Shown here piece by piece: positions 48,615-57,467 of a DNA stretch of 64,000 nt (the first letter of the stretch is position 1; every line of letters begins with the position of its first letter). The notes under the pieces were generated by a model that searched no databases, was not told where the DNA came from, and worked only from the letters and a program-made list of their open reading frames with translations. Origin of the DNA: Promethearchaeota archaeon (GTDB lineage Archaea; Asgardarchaeota; Lokiarchaeia; Sigyniarchaeales; SOKP01); NCBI GenBank assembly GCA_048939995.1, contig JBHLOY010000002.1:192001-256000 (forward strand), written 5' to 3'. Made by a program: the position numbers and the translations under genes.

Positions 48615-49608
48615 AAATGCTTTTAATGTGATCTCTATTTCTATAAGAATTAAATGCCTCTGAGAATTTTACTAAAGGAAATTCTTTCGAAATTAGATTT
48701 TTAACTTTAATCTTGCCCAACTTTATAGCTTCTATTGCTTTTTCGAAAGGACCACATCTGCTTGTATACAATATAATCTCTCTTACAACCAAATCTGTTA
48801 AATTTATCATTGAATCTAACCCATGTGTGCTCTTTATATGAATTTTACCTCGCGTTCTAGTAGAGGCAATGATGTCAGAAATTGCATTTGGATTTCCAGT
48901 AGCATCCAAAGTTATGTCCGCTCCTAAATTATTTGTAACTTCTTTAATGTAATTGGGTATGTTTTTTACTTGTAAACGGTTTATAAGAGTTTTAGCCCCT
49001 AAGTTTTTTGCTAATTTGAGTTTTGTTTCAGACCCATCAATTATAATTACTTCAAGGCCTTTAAGAATAGCGATTTGAGTAATTAATAAACCCAATTTCC
49101 CCGCACCAAAAATCGCTATAGTTCGATCCTGATTCCCTATAGGCATCATTTCAAACGTCTGATAAGCCGCGGCTAAGGGTTCGATAAAGGAAGCTTCCTT
49201 AAATGAAATATTTTCAGGAACTTCATGTAATAAATAGGAATCGACTGCAATATAATTAGCGAAAGCCCCATCAATGTCGATTCCTATAGCTTTTCGCGAT
49301 ACACATTGGGAGAAAATCTTCTGTTGACAAAAATTACAATCAAAATCAATGTTAGCATTTATTTCAGAGGTAACTTTTTTCCCCAGCCACTTAGTACTAA
49401 CTTTCCTTCCTAGCTCTACAATTTCGCCTGAAAATTCATGCCCCAAAACAATTGGTACAGGTGTACTTAACTCTCCTTTTGAGATTGCTAAATCAGTTCC
49501 ACATATTCCCGCAACTTTAACTTCAATTAAAACTTGATTAGCATTGATCTTAGGCTTTTGAAATTCTTTTAATGCTAATTCTTTTCCATCGAATACTATG
49601 GCTTTCAT
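48604..49608 (-). CDS. zinc-dependent medium-chain alcohol dehydrogenase
   Basis: GICGTD, GHEFSG, EPLAAA, GAGKLG, SRCGPF. Confidence 0.9.
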   Translation of the reverse strand: MKAIVFDGKELALKEFQKPKINANQVLIEVKVAGICGTDLAISKGELSTPVPIVLGHEFSGEIVELGRKVSTKWLGKKVTSEINANIDFDCNFCQQKIFSQCVSRKAIGIDIDGAFANYIAVDSYLLHEVPENISFKEASFIEPLAAAYQTFEMMPIGNQDRTIAIFGAGKLGLLITQIAILKGLEVIIIDGSETKLKLAKNLGAKTLINRLQVKNIPNYIKEVTNNLGADITLDATGNPNAISDIIASTRTRGKIHIKSTHGLDSMINLTDLVVREIILYTSRCGPFEKAIEAIKLGKIKVKNLISKEFPLVKFSEAFNSYRNRDHIKSIFII

Positions 49609-49770
49609 AATTTATAGAGTAATTTTAATATTATAAATAAAAAAATTTAATTTCTCAAATTAATATTAAGATTCAGATAAAGCATTTTTATGTAAAATAA
49701 GCCTTACTTACTTTAATTATCTTTATTTTATATCTATTAGAATTCTATTAAATATTATAAAAGTGATTTC

Positions 49771-50307
49771 ATGCAAAAAACTATATTAACATGGGAAATT
49801 ATTGGTATGGTCTTTATTACTTTTTTAGGATCTTTTCTCCATTTCCTCTTTGAATTATCAGGATATTTTCCACCGATTGGAGCGATAGCCGCAGTAAACG
49901 AAAGTGTATGGGAACATTTAAAACTTGGATATTGGCCATTAGTACTTTATTCTTTAATTGAGTATCGATTTATTAGAGATAAGTCAAATAATTTTGTAAT
50001 CGCAAAGGCAGTTGCTGCTTTTGTAATACCTGTCGTAATTATTGTGTTCTTTTACTCGTATACCGCAATTCTAGGGACTGATTTACTATTCTTGGATATT
50101 TTTAGCTTTGTTTTAGCAATTATAATTGCTCAATTAGTCAGTTATAAAATTTTAACTTTACCTAAAATCTCAAATGCGTACACCATTATTTCTTGGATAT
50201 CAATTATCACACTTGGAATCTTATTTGTAGTATTTACTTATTTTCCGCCTTACTTTCCTCTTTTTGAAGATCCAATAACAAATTCCTATGGAATTGTAAT
50301 TCACTAA
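49771..50307 (+). CDS. DUF6512-like membrane protein
   Basis: LHF.FE, VNESVWEHLKL, FTY.PP...LF.DP. Confidence 0.75.
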   Translation: MQKTILTWEIIGMVFITFLGSFLHFLFELSGYFPPIGAIAAVNESVWEHLKLGYWPLVLYSLIEYRFIRDKSNNFVIAKAVAAFVIPVVIIVFFYSYTAILGTDLLFLDIFSFVLAIIIAQLVSYKILTLPKISNAYTIISWISIITLGILFVVFTYFPPYFPLFEDPITNSYGIVIH

Positions 50308-50396
50308 TAGCCATTAGTTCTATATTCAAATCAATTTACTTTTTTAATTCTTTTACATATATAATTATCTGAAATAAAATTTATTTGATTTAACTC

Positions 50397-52037
50397 ATGA
50401 ATTCATTTGATTTTGATAAAGAGGTCCAAAAGTATTTTAATCGCTCATATTCTGATATAAAATGCGTAGATTGGGAAAAATGGTTAGATGTATCAAGCAG
50501 AGAAGAATATGAGGATTTATCGTTAAAATTATCTGGTTTATCCTCAGTTGATGGGCTTTTTGAGAAAATGCGTACCGAATTAACCGACTCAAAGCAAATA
50601 TCCTTGAATTTAGCAACATTTCTAAACAATTTTGATGATTCAAATATTCCAATATTATGTCATACTTCTGGGACGACTAATAGTGAGATTTCAGCTTTAA
50701 AATGGTTTAACATGTCTAGAGATATAGTTAAAAGAACTTGGGCCCCTGGTATGCAAGCTATTTTTGAATCGAGTGGTTTAAATAGAAGATTATCTGCAGT
50801 AATATTTGTTCCATCACGAATTAAAATAGATGGACTTCAATCATACGAGGGGCAAAAATATCTGTCTTTATATTCGTCAGAATTTTCACAGAGAGTTATG
50901 CTTTCACTAATAAAACCACAAAACTATAGCTTTTATGAGTATAAGAATTCAAAGAATTTGGAGGTTATTTCTAAAATTTTAAGTTTGGAAAAAATAGCTG
51001 TTATCTCTGCTCCCGCAATAACAATCTTAGGATGGGCAGATTTAGAAAAATTCCAAATTGGTTTAAGGAAATCTCTAGAAGATTTACCAGAAGAAAAAGT
51101 TCCAATTCTAGATGAATTATTAACAATTATTGAAAAAAAAGGTATAGAACAGGCATCTGAAATTATTCAAAAGAGACTCTCTGAAAAATTATCTAACGCG
51201 ACCCTAATATTTAGTATAAGTTCTCTTTCTGAACATAATTGGTCTATGATACGTAAATTTATGAGATGGGAAGAAGGTGGAGAACGATTTACTAATCTTT
51301 ATGTAGCCTCTGAGATTGGCCCATTTGCAGCTAGTATTTCAAAAGGAGATTTTAGGCTTTCACGTATGAATAGAATGTATGTTTTTCCCCTTACTTTGCC
51401 TGTCCTCGAATACGGAAACAAAAAAATGCGTATTTCCGAAATTTCAGATCAAACTGGTAAGCTCTTCATTTCAAGAATGGGTGATTCAAAGGCTTTAATA
51501 AATATAGATATTGGAGATATAATTACTGTCAGGAATTCAAATGGTCTACCCCAGATCGATGGAAACATCATTAGATCAAGCTTTCAGTTAAAATATGAAG
51601 TAAAATTATCAAACAAGGTTGAAATTCCAAATAAATTTAGGATTTTAGCTGGAGATTTTTTTTCCTTAAAAAATTTAATAATCAAACAACCGAGAAATTT
51701 GTTAAATTGTCTAAAAGCTAATTGTGAACTAGAAACTGATGCATTATTACTTCTACCAAAGGATGATCAGAGTTGGGATTTAGTTCTACCAGGAGATTTG
51801 AAATCAAACTGTATTAATGAAAAAAAAATATTTGAAATTATCTCAAAATGTCCAACTCAAGCAGATATTTATCAAGCACTCATAAACAATTCAATTAATC
51901 TAAAATTTATAGAAGATCAACCTGTTGATTTTTTGGCTACACGAGAAGAAATATTAAAGAAAGTAAGAGAAGGTCAAATGCCCAAGGGTATTTTAAAGAA
52001 GTGGCCCTTATATGTGATTTCCACTAGAAATCAATAA
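50397..52037 (+). CDS. GH3/PaaK-like adenylate-forming (ANL) enzyme
   Basis: HTSGTT P-loop, YVASEIG, IDIGDII match the three ATP-binding motifs of GH3/PaaK enzymes. Confidence 0.65.
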   Translation: MNSFDFDKEVQKYFNRSYSDIKCVDWEKWLDVSSREEYEDLSLKLSGLSSVDGLFEKMRTELTDSKQISLNLATFLNNFDDSNIPILCHTSGTTNSEISALKWFNMSRDIVKRTWAPGMQAIFESSGLNRRLSAVIFVPSRIKIDGLQSYEGQKYLSLYSSEFSQRVMLSLIKPQNYSFYEYKNSKNLEVISKILSLEKIAVISAPAITILGWADLEKFQIGLRKSLEDLPEEKVPILDELLTIIEKKGIEQASEIIQKRLSEKLSNATLIFSISSLSEHNWSMIRKFMRWEEGGERFTNLYVASEIGPFAASISKGDFRLSRMNRMYVFPLTLPVLEYGNKKMRISEISDQTGKLFISRMGDSKALINIDIGDIITVRNSNGLPQIDGNIIRSSFQLKYEVKLSNKVEIPNKFRILAGDFFSLKNLIIKQPRNLLNCLKANCELETDALLLLPKDDQSWDLVLPGDLKSNCINEKKIFEIISKCPTQADIYQALINNSINLKFIEDQPVDFLATREEILKKVREGQMPKGILKKWPLYVISTRNQ

Positions 52038-52122
52038 TCAATTGTCTGATTAATAAGTTATAAAAAAACAATATAAATTCCTTTTTGCCTTAAATTATAA
52101 GTAAAATAGAATGGTTTTCAGA

Positions 52123-52596
52123 ATGAAAGATAAATTCAATCTCGTTGGTACAAAGATTACTGAATTTGAATTACCAAATTCTCGAGGAGAAACAAAAAAT
52201 ATTCGAGGTTTACAAGGACAAAATGTGGTCCTTGTACTATTTAGGAGTAAAAACTGACCTTATGCAAAAGCTCATGCTCAGAAACTTAGTAAAGAATATG
52301 ATAAGTTTAAAGATTATAACGCAACACTTTTTACCATTTTACCTGATGATTTTGAGAGTGCTCAAATATTTGAAAAAAATTTTGCAAAGAATGTATACCC
52401 CATATTCTATGATGATACAAAAAAAGTTAATAAAATGTTAAAACAGGAAGTTAAACCTTTAAAACTAGGAAGAATGCCAGCCCTTCTTATTATAGATAAA
52501 GAAGGAATTATCAGATATGCATACTACAGCGATTCGATGTCAGATATCCCCGAGAATGAAGTTGTATTTGAAGTACTCAAAAATCTTAATAAATAA
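52123..52596 (+). CDS. peroxiredoxin-like (AhpC/TSA) protein with in-frame UGA, probable selenoprotein
   Basis: Hand translation ...EFELPNSRGE...VVLVLFRSKN-TGA(52255-52257)-PYAKAH...YPIFYD...MPALLIIDKEGIIRY...; frame stays open for 112 more codons; alternative in-frame ATG at 52111. Confidence 0.8.
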
Positions 52597-52806
52597 TATG
52601 ATTTGGTATGAATAAAATATAAAAAATTGTTGAATTTTATTCTAATAAGTTAGCCATACTTTACCAAATCAACCAATATTTTTACTTTAGAAATAGGAAC
52701 ACTTCTTAAATCTGGATTTGGGAGAAAAAGTATACTGCTGTTAAGCTAGTCAAATTTATTATAGTTATAACTATAATTTTAACTATAATTTATTCTTATA
52801 TATGAC

Positions 52807-53700
52807 TTATTTCAAAAAACGTGGATCACTTTCGAGAAATTTAATAGCCTTTAAGACACTTTTTTCCTTATCTTTTATCTCTAACATAATATCAAAATCA
52901 AATTTTTTAGTCTTTTTAATAAATTCTTTAAAGTGGTTAAGATTGACATTATCAGCATGCGTAGGTTTTCCTTTTTTGGGGTGTTGAGAGCTATAATGTA
53001 CAATTGGTTTTCCATCAATAGCCTTCCAAGTTTGAAGGGAAAGTTTAAAGGCACCTTGAAGAGAAAGGCCTGAATTAAAGCATTCATGATGATACACATC
53101 TAATATGAGAGGAATACCTTCAGTCTCACTAATCTTAACACATTCGCTTAAATTATAATTTTTGTCATCATTTTCAATCACATATCTCTTTTTAATCGAA
53201 GATTCCAATGTTTTATAAACTTTTTTAAATCTATTAATACTTGCACTTTTATCGCCATATACACCACCTATGTGGGTCATTATTTTAGCTGTCGAATCTA
53301 ATCTAAGTAAATCTAACACATTAGTATGATATTGTAATTCTTTAATACTATTTGCGACCACATTTGCATTTTTTGAATTTAAAACCGTATACTGTCCAGG
53401 ATGCATAGTTATTCTCATTTTATTCTGTTTAATATATTTCCCAATTTCTCTAAACTTAAGCTTGAAATAATCTTGCCAATCAAATTTCATAATTGGGTGC
53501 GAAGCAAATGGAATCAAATCAGATGTTATTCTAAAGAAAAATATTTTATTCTCACAATTATATTTAAGAATTTGGAGTAAGCAGTCCAAATTCCCTCCAA
53601 TAGTATTAATAAGTCGTTCTTCGGAATAATTCTTTAAGCGAAAGGTTCTACTACTCCTACATTTTAAACTTAAATTAATGCAGGGATATCCAATTTTCAT
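52807..53700 (-). CDS. uvsE: UV damage endonuclease
   Basis: IGYPC, FFRITS.LIP.ASHP, MHPGQY..LNS, H.GG, ENDD, D.YHH, HAD, MLE.K.KE. Confidence 0.95.
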   Translation of the reverse strand: MKIGYPCINLSLKCRSSRTFRLKNYSEERLINTIGGNLDCLLQILKYNCENKIFFFRITSDLIPFASHPIMKFDWQDYFKLKFREIGKYIKQNKMRITMHPGQYTVLNSKNANVVANSIKELQYHTNVLDLLRLDSTAKIMTHIGGVYGDKSASINRFKKVYKTLESSIKKRYVIENDDKNYNLSECVKISETEGIPLILDVYHHECFNSGLSLQGAFKLSLQTWKAIDGKPIVHYSSQHPKKGKPTHADNVNLNHFKEFIKKTKKFDFDIMLEIKDKEKSVLKAIKFLESDPRFLK

Positions 53701-53715
53701 TCTAATCGATTTTTT

Positions 53716-54567
53716 CTAGCCTTTTGAAATTATTTTATCTTTTCTCCTAGTATAAAGCTCTTCATATTTCTTTCCTAACTGCTCCATATCATGTTTTTGT
53801 TCAGCAATCACTTCTTCCAATCCTTCCTCAAAAAATACGTCTTTTTTATACTTTCTCGCAGGAGCGCCAAGATAAACCCATCCTTCTTCTAATTCCTGCC
53901 CAACAGTTGTAAGTGAGCTAGCAGCTAATACACAATTCTTATGAATGTGAGTTCCTGGCATAACAACAGAATGGACGCCGATCCTTACATTATCCTCGAT
54001 GATTGTTTTTCTAATAATCAGTAAGTTCCCAATGATTGTAGCAGATTGGATAATACTTGCTTGGCCACAAACTACGTTTTTTCCAAATTCTATAAACTCT
54101 GTATCACACCATGACTCAAAAAGTGAATTTGAAAGAGTTGTCTTAACTCCAAAGAATTTAAAGCAGAGATTATCTAAGAAAGGAAGCGGAAACTTATGAG
54201 CAACCCATATTGGCCACTTTTTAATAGTATTTCGAATACTCCAATAACGATAGTCACGATCCATTGGATCTCTAAGAAATGTGCCTTCACGAGGCTTATG
54301 CAGAAGATTAGCGCAAATTAATAAAAACTTAGCAATTAATAACGATGAAAAAACCAGTGAAACATACATAGTGAATATTAAAAGTGGTAGAAAAATAAGA
54401 AAATGCACAAACCTAGTCGTGTATAATGAACTCCAATACCACCAAAATTCGAACTGGATCACAAAAAGACTAAACCAAATTTCAAAGATGTATAGGATTA
54501 AATATTTTTTCTTTACTAATACTAGACTTGTATGAGGTCCTACCCGAAAATTTCCTGGTACAGACAT
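53716..54567 (-). CDS. TM-LbH module C (standalone)
   Basis: Paralog of 45206 (MSVP..RVGP, DYRYWS.R.TIK). Confidence 0.82.
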   Translation of the reverse strand: MSVPGNFRVGPHTSLVLVKKKYLILYIFEIWFSLFVIQFEFWWYWSSLYTTRFVHFLIFLPLLIFTMYVSLVFSSLLIAKFLLICANLLHKPREGTFLRDPMDRDYRYWSIRNTIKKWPIWVAHKFPLPFLDNLCFKFFGVKTTLSNSLFESWCDTEFIEFGKNVVCGQASIIQSATIIGNLLIIRKTIIEDNVRIGVHSVVMPGTHIHKNCVLAASSLTTVGQELEEGWVYLGAPARKYKKDVFFEEGLEEVIAEQKHDMEQLGKKYEELYTRRKDKIISKG

Positions 54568-55460
54568 TAATCCTCTTCTTCGTGATTATAATTATTATTT
54601 AATAAATTTTTTTTTTCATCATCGATATTAACTTCATGTTCAACTTCAACACTTGTTTCTTCTTCAACATCCCTCTTAAAAATTCTATCTCGTCTTTGTT
54701 GTGCATACTTGTTTGGTTTATACTTCATTGCCGGAAGTCCAAGATAGATCCAGCCAGGTTCTAAAAATTGGTTATAATTTGTATTTGTAAATGCGCCACT
54801 TACGGATTCTTCTCCAAAAATAGTGCCAGGAGAAACATTAGAAACTCCTCCTACTACCGTATAATCTTCAAAAATTACCTTCTTTATAATCAAATATTTT
54901 CCAACAACCATAGAGCTCATAACTATACTTCCTTGGCCTATAGTTATTTTCCTGCCGAACTTAATAAAATCTGTATCTACCCATGCATCTTGAAGATGAC
55001 TAGAGAAATCCATATGGACACCAAACCATCTAAAACCCCACATTACAATCCAGGGCAATGGACTATTTGTCATCAGCCATAATGCTAACTTCTTTAACTC
55101 GATTCGCAATCGCCAAAACTCAAAATCAGTATTCCCGGGCTCTGCTCTAAATACTCCCTCTTTTGGCTTATGTATCATATTTACGATTAATAAACATGCC
55201 TTTGAAAAAATTGCTATACCAAAAATAAAAATAAAGTATAATATAAAAAGCCAAAATGGAATCAGCAGCATACTAGCAATCCAATTATTTAGATATCGAG
55301 AAACATCAAAAAACACAGTAATTGCCATATATCCACTAATCCACAAAATTGGAATGTATAGAACAAGAAATTTCCAACTTATTCTACTTATTGCACTACT
55401 GGTGATAAAATCAATTGTATAGTCTATTTTATCATTTGTTTCGTCTTTAGCTTCACTCAT
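54567..55460 (-). CDS. TM-LbH module B (standalone)
   Basis: DF.TSSAISR, EFW..R.ELKK, MDFSSHL.DAW, MSSM.VGKYL; homologous to the C-halves of 46163 and 57468. Confidence 0.82.
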   Translation of the reverse strand: MSEAKDETNDKIDYTIDFITSSAISRISWKFLVLYIPILWISGYMAITVFFDVSRYLNNWIASMLLIPFWLFILYFIFIFGIAIFSKACLLIVNMIHKPKEGVFRAEPGNTDFEFWRLRIELKKLALWLMTNSPLPWIVMWGFRWFGVHMDFSSHLQDAWVDTDFIKFGRKITIGQGSIVMSSMVVGKYLIIKKVIFEDYTVVGGVSNVSPGTIFGEESVSGAFTNTNYNQFLEPGWIYLGLPAMKYKPNKYAQQRRDRIFKRDVEEETSVEVEHEVNIDDEKKNLLNNNYNHEEED

Positions 55461-55470
55461 CTTGCAAACT

Positions 55471-56352
55471 TCACCTTACTTTTTCCTCATTTTTCTTATC
55501 TCTGAGCTTTTCTGCCTTTTCAAAATCTGCTTCAGTTATATCTAAATAGTCTATTACTTTTTTTTTAAAGATACGACGCAATGGAGCACCAAAATAGTAA
55601 TTATCACCTTTTAGGATGTTAAATTTAGTCGCGCCACTCATCGGTAATAACCATGAGTTATCGTTTACTTCTGAACCAGGGCCAACACAATTAAATGCAC
55701 CAGCAGTAACATTATCACCAATTTTAACTCTAAAATAAGAAATATTACCAAATATCCCTTCTACAGCATGAGAACTGATCGCTCCTCCTATCCCAAAATA
55801 ACAATTCTTCCCAATAGTGACGAATCTATCAGCGCCTACATTCTCTTCGAGAGTAGTTCCTTTTCCGATTATATTGGTTCCAATAAAATTGTAAAGCCAC
55901 GTGATTAGCCAAGGAAAAGGACCTCTTATTATAGAATTTTTTGGATATTTTATAACAAAACTTCGAATATGATAATAATTTGCCGTTTTACTAGGAATGT
56001 TTCTAGGGATAATTCCATCCTTAGAAGGTGAAATTTTTTCAGTTGTCCTCCAAATACCTCGTGTGATAAGGGCCATGAAAAACACATGAACTAAATAACA
56101 TAATATGATTATCAATGGCATAAAAATTGAAGCTAAAAGCGGTTCCAGTCGCGTAAACAGCAAAATGAATTTATTTTCTTGCAAAAAATATGGTGAATAG
56201 AATAACATGACATACAGCATGAAAATAATTGCTGGAATAATGAACGACCCAAAATAAATTATGAAAAATAAAATCATATACCAATGAAACTGGAGATTTA
56301 TTTCTTCCTTAGCGATTCCTTTATCAGTTTCATTTATTTGAGTGGTTTTCAT
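55471..56352 (-). CDS. TM-LbH module A (standalone)
   Basis: SPSKDGIIPRNI, YYH.RSF, SHAVEGIFGNI; homologous to the N-halves of 46163 and 57468. Confidence 0.82.
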   Translation of the reverse strand: MKTTQINETDKGIAKEEINLQFHWYMILFFIIYFGSFIIPAIIFMLYVMLFYSPYFLQENKFILLFTRLEPLLASIFMPLIIILCYLVHVFFMALITRGIWRTTEKISPSKDGIIPRNIPSKTANYYHIRSFVIKYPKNSIIRGPFPWLITWLYNFIGTNIIGKGTTLEENVGADRFVTIGKNCYFGIGGAISSHAVEGIFGNISYFRVKIGDNVTAGAFNCVGPGSEVNDNSWLLPMSGATKFNILKGDNYYFGAPLRRIFKKKVIDYLDITEADFEKAEKLRDKKNEEKVR

Positions 56353-56530
56353 CTCTTAACTTATGCACATTTTTTTAAAGTTATCATAGAAATAATTATA
56401 TGAATATTATTATGAGTTCTTTGACTATTTATTATGATATAATTTAAAAATTTCCACACTATTGATTTTAGGAATAATATATTAAGAAAAAATAAAAGGT
56501 TAAATATTATATTTTATTAAAAATTTTGAA

Positions 56531-57367
56531 TCAATCTTTAGGTTTTTCTTTTTTAGGAAACCATGGTATAAATGAGCTAGTTCTCTTCTTGTATGCGGCA
56601 TATTCTTCATTCCCTTCGAATCTCTTATCTAATAATCGTACTCCTGATACTTTTATTATTTGAAACGTAATATATGCAGGGCCAATAAATGTTATAAATC
56701 CGAATGGGACAGCTAATGCTATTACAAAGAGACCCCACCATTGAGTTACTTCTCCAAAATAATTAGGATGTTGCGAATATTTCCATACACTTTTAGTCAT
56801 AATTCTGTTCTTGTTAGCTGGATTTTGCAAAAATTTATAAAGGGAATAATCTGCGATAGTTTCAAAGAGAAATCCTATTAACCAGATTATTGATCCTAAC
56901 CATAAAGTTACTCCTCCAAAATCTAATAAATTGGTTACAGGAGGATTGGCACTTATATTTACAAACCATACAGGGATACAAACGAGAAAAACTATAATTC
57001 CTTGGAATAAATAGACTTTAAAGAGACTTTTTAGAGCAACATTTTTTTTCCAACGTTCACGCATTGCTTTATATCGATAATCTTCAGGTTTTCCTCTATT
57101 TCTTATAAAAACATAGGTTGCTAGCCTAATCGCCCAGATTAATACTAATATCGTTACTATAATTTGACGAATGCAATAACTTGACGTGAATACCAGATTA
57201 AGTATAAGGCTTGTTAATGCAACAACAAAATAAGCAGGGCCATAAAATATGTCCATGATTGCATTATTTCTTTTTATTGTTCCGACTATAAAAGCAATGA
57301 ATATGTATATAAATAGTGCTAATGCTGAGTATCCAATTGTTGTTAACATAATTTCAATAGTTGTCAT
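56531..57367 (-). CDS. DUF1295 family (steroid 5-alpha-reductase-like) membrane protein
   Basis: WAIRL, EDYRY, E..AD, W.YSQHPNYFGE, YK.RTS.FIPW. Confidence 0.9.
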   Translation of the reverse strand: MTTIEIMLTTIGYSALALFIYIFIAFIVGTIKRNNAIMDIFYGPAYFVVALTSLILNLVFTSSYCIRQIIVTILVLIWAIRLATYVFIRNRGKPEDYRYKAMRERWKKNVALKSLFKVYLFQGIIVFLVCIPVWFVNISANPPVTNLLDFGGVTLWLGSIIWLIGFLFETIADYSLYKFLQNPANKNRIMTKSVWKYSQHPNYFGEVTQWWGLFVIALAVPFGFITFIGPAYITFQIIKVSGVRLLDKRFEGNEEYAAYKKRTSSFIPWFPKKEKPKD

Positions 57368-57467
57368 AAAAAATACGATTAAATATTAAAATCTTAAAAG
57401 ATGATTATTTGGAAAATATTTATAGTTTATATCTATTAAATAAAGATTTTAAGATTTTTTTTAGGAG

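Noticed and set aside
52145-52441. 98-aa ORF in the track
   Set aside because: Off-frame shadow of the UGA-containing peroxiredoxin-like gene
52758-52777. Perfect 20-bp palindrome attatagttataactataat
   Set aside because: Very AT-rich, single copy, between convergent genes; at most a terminator
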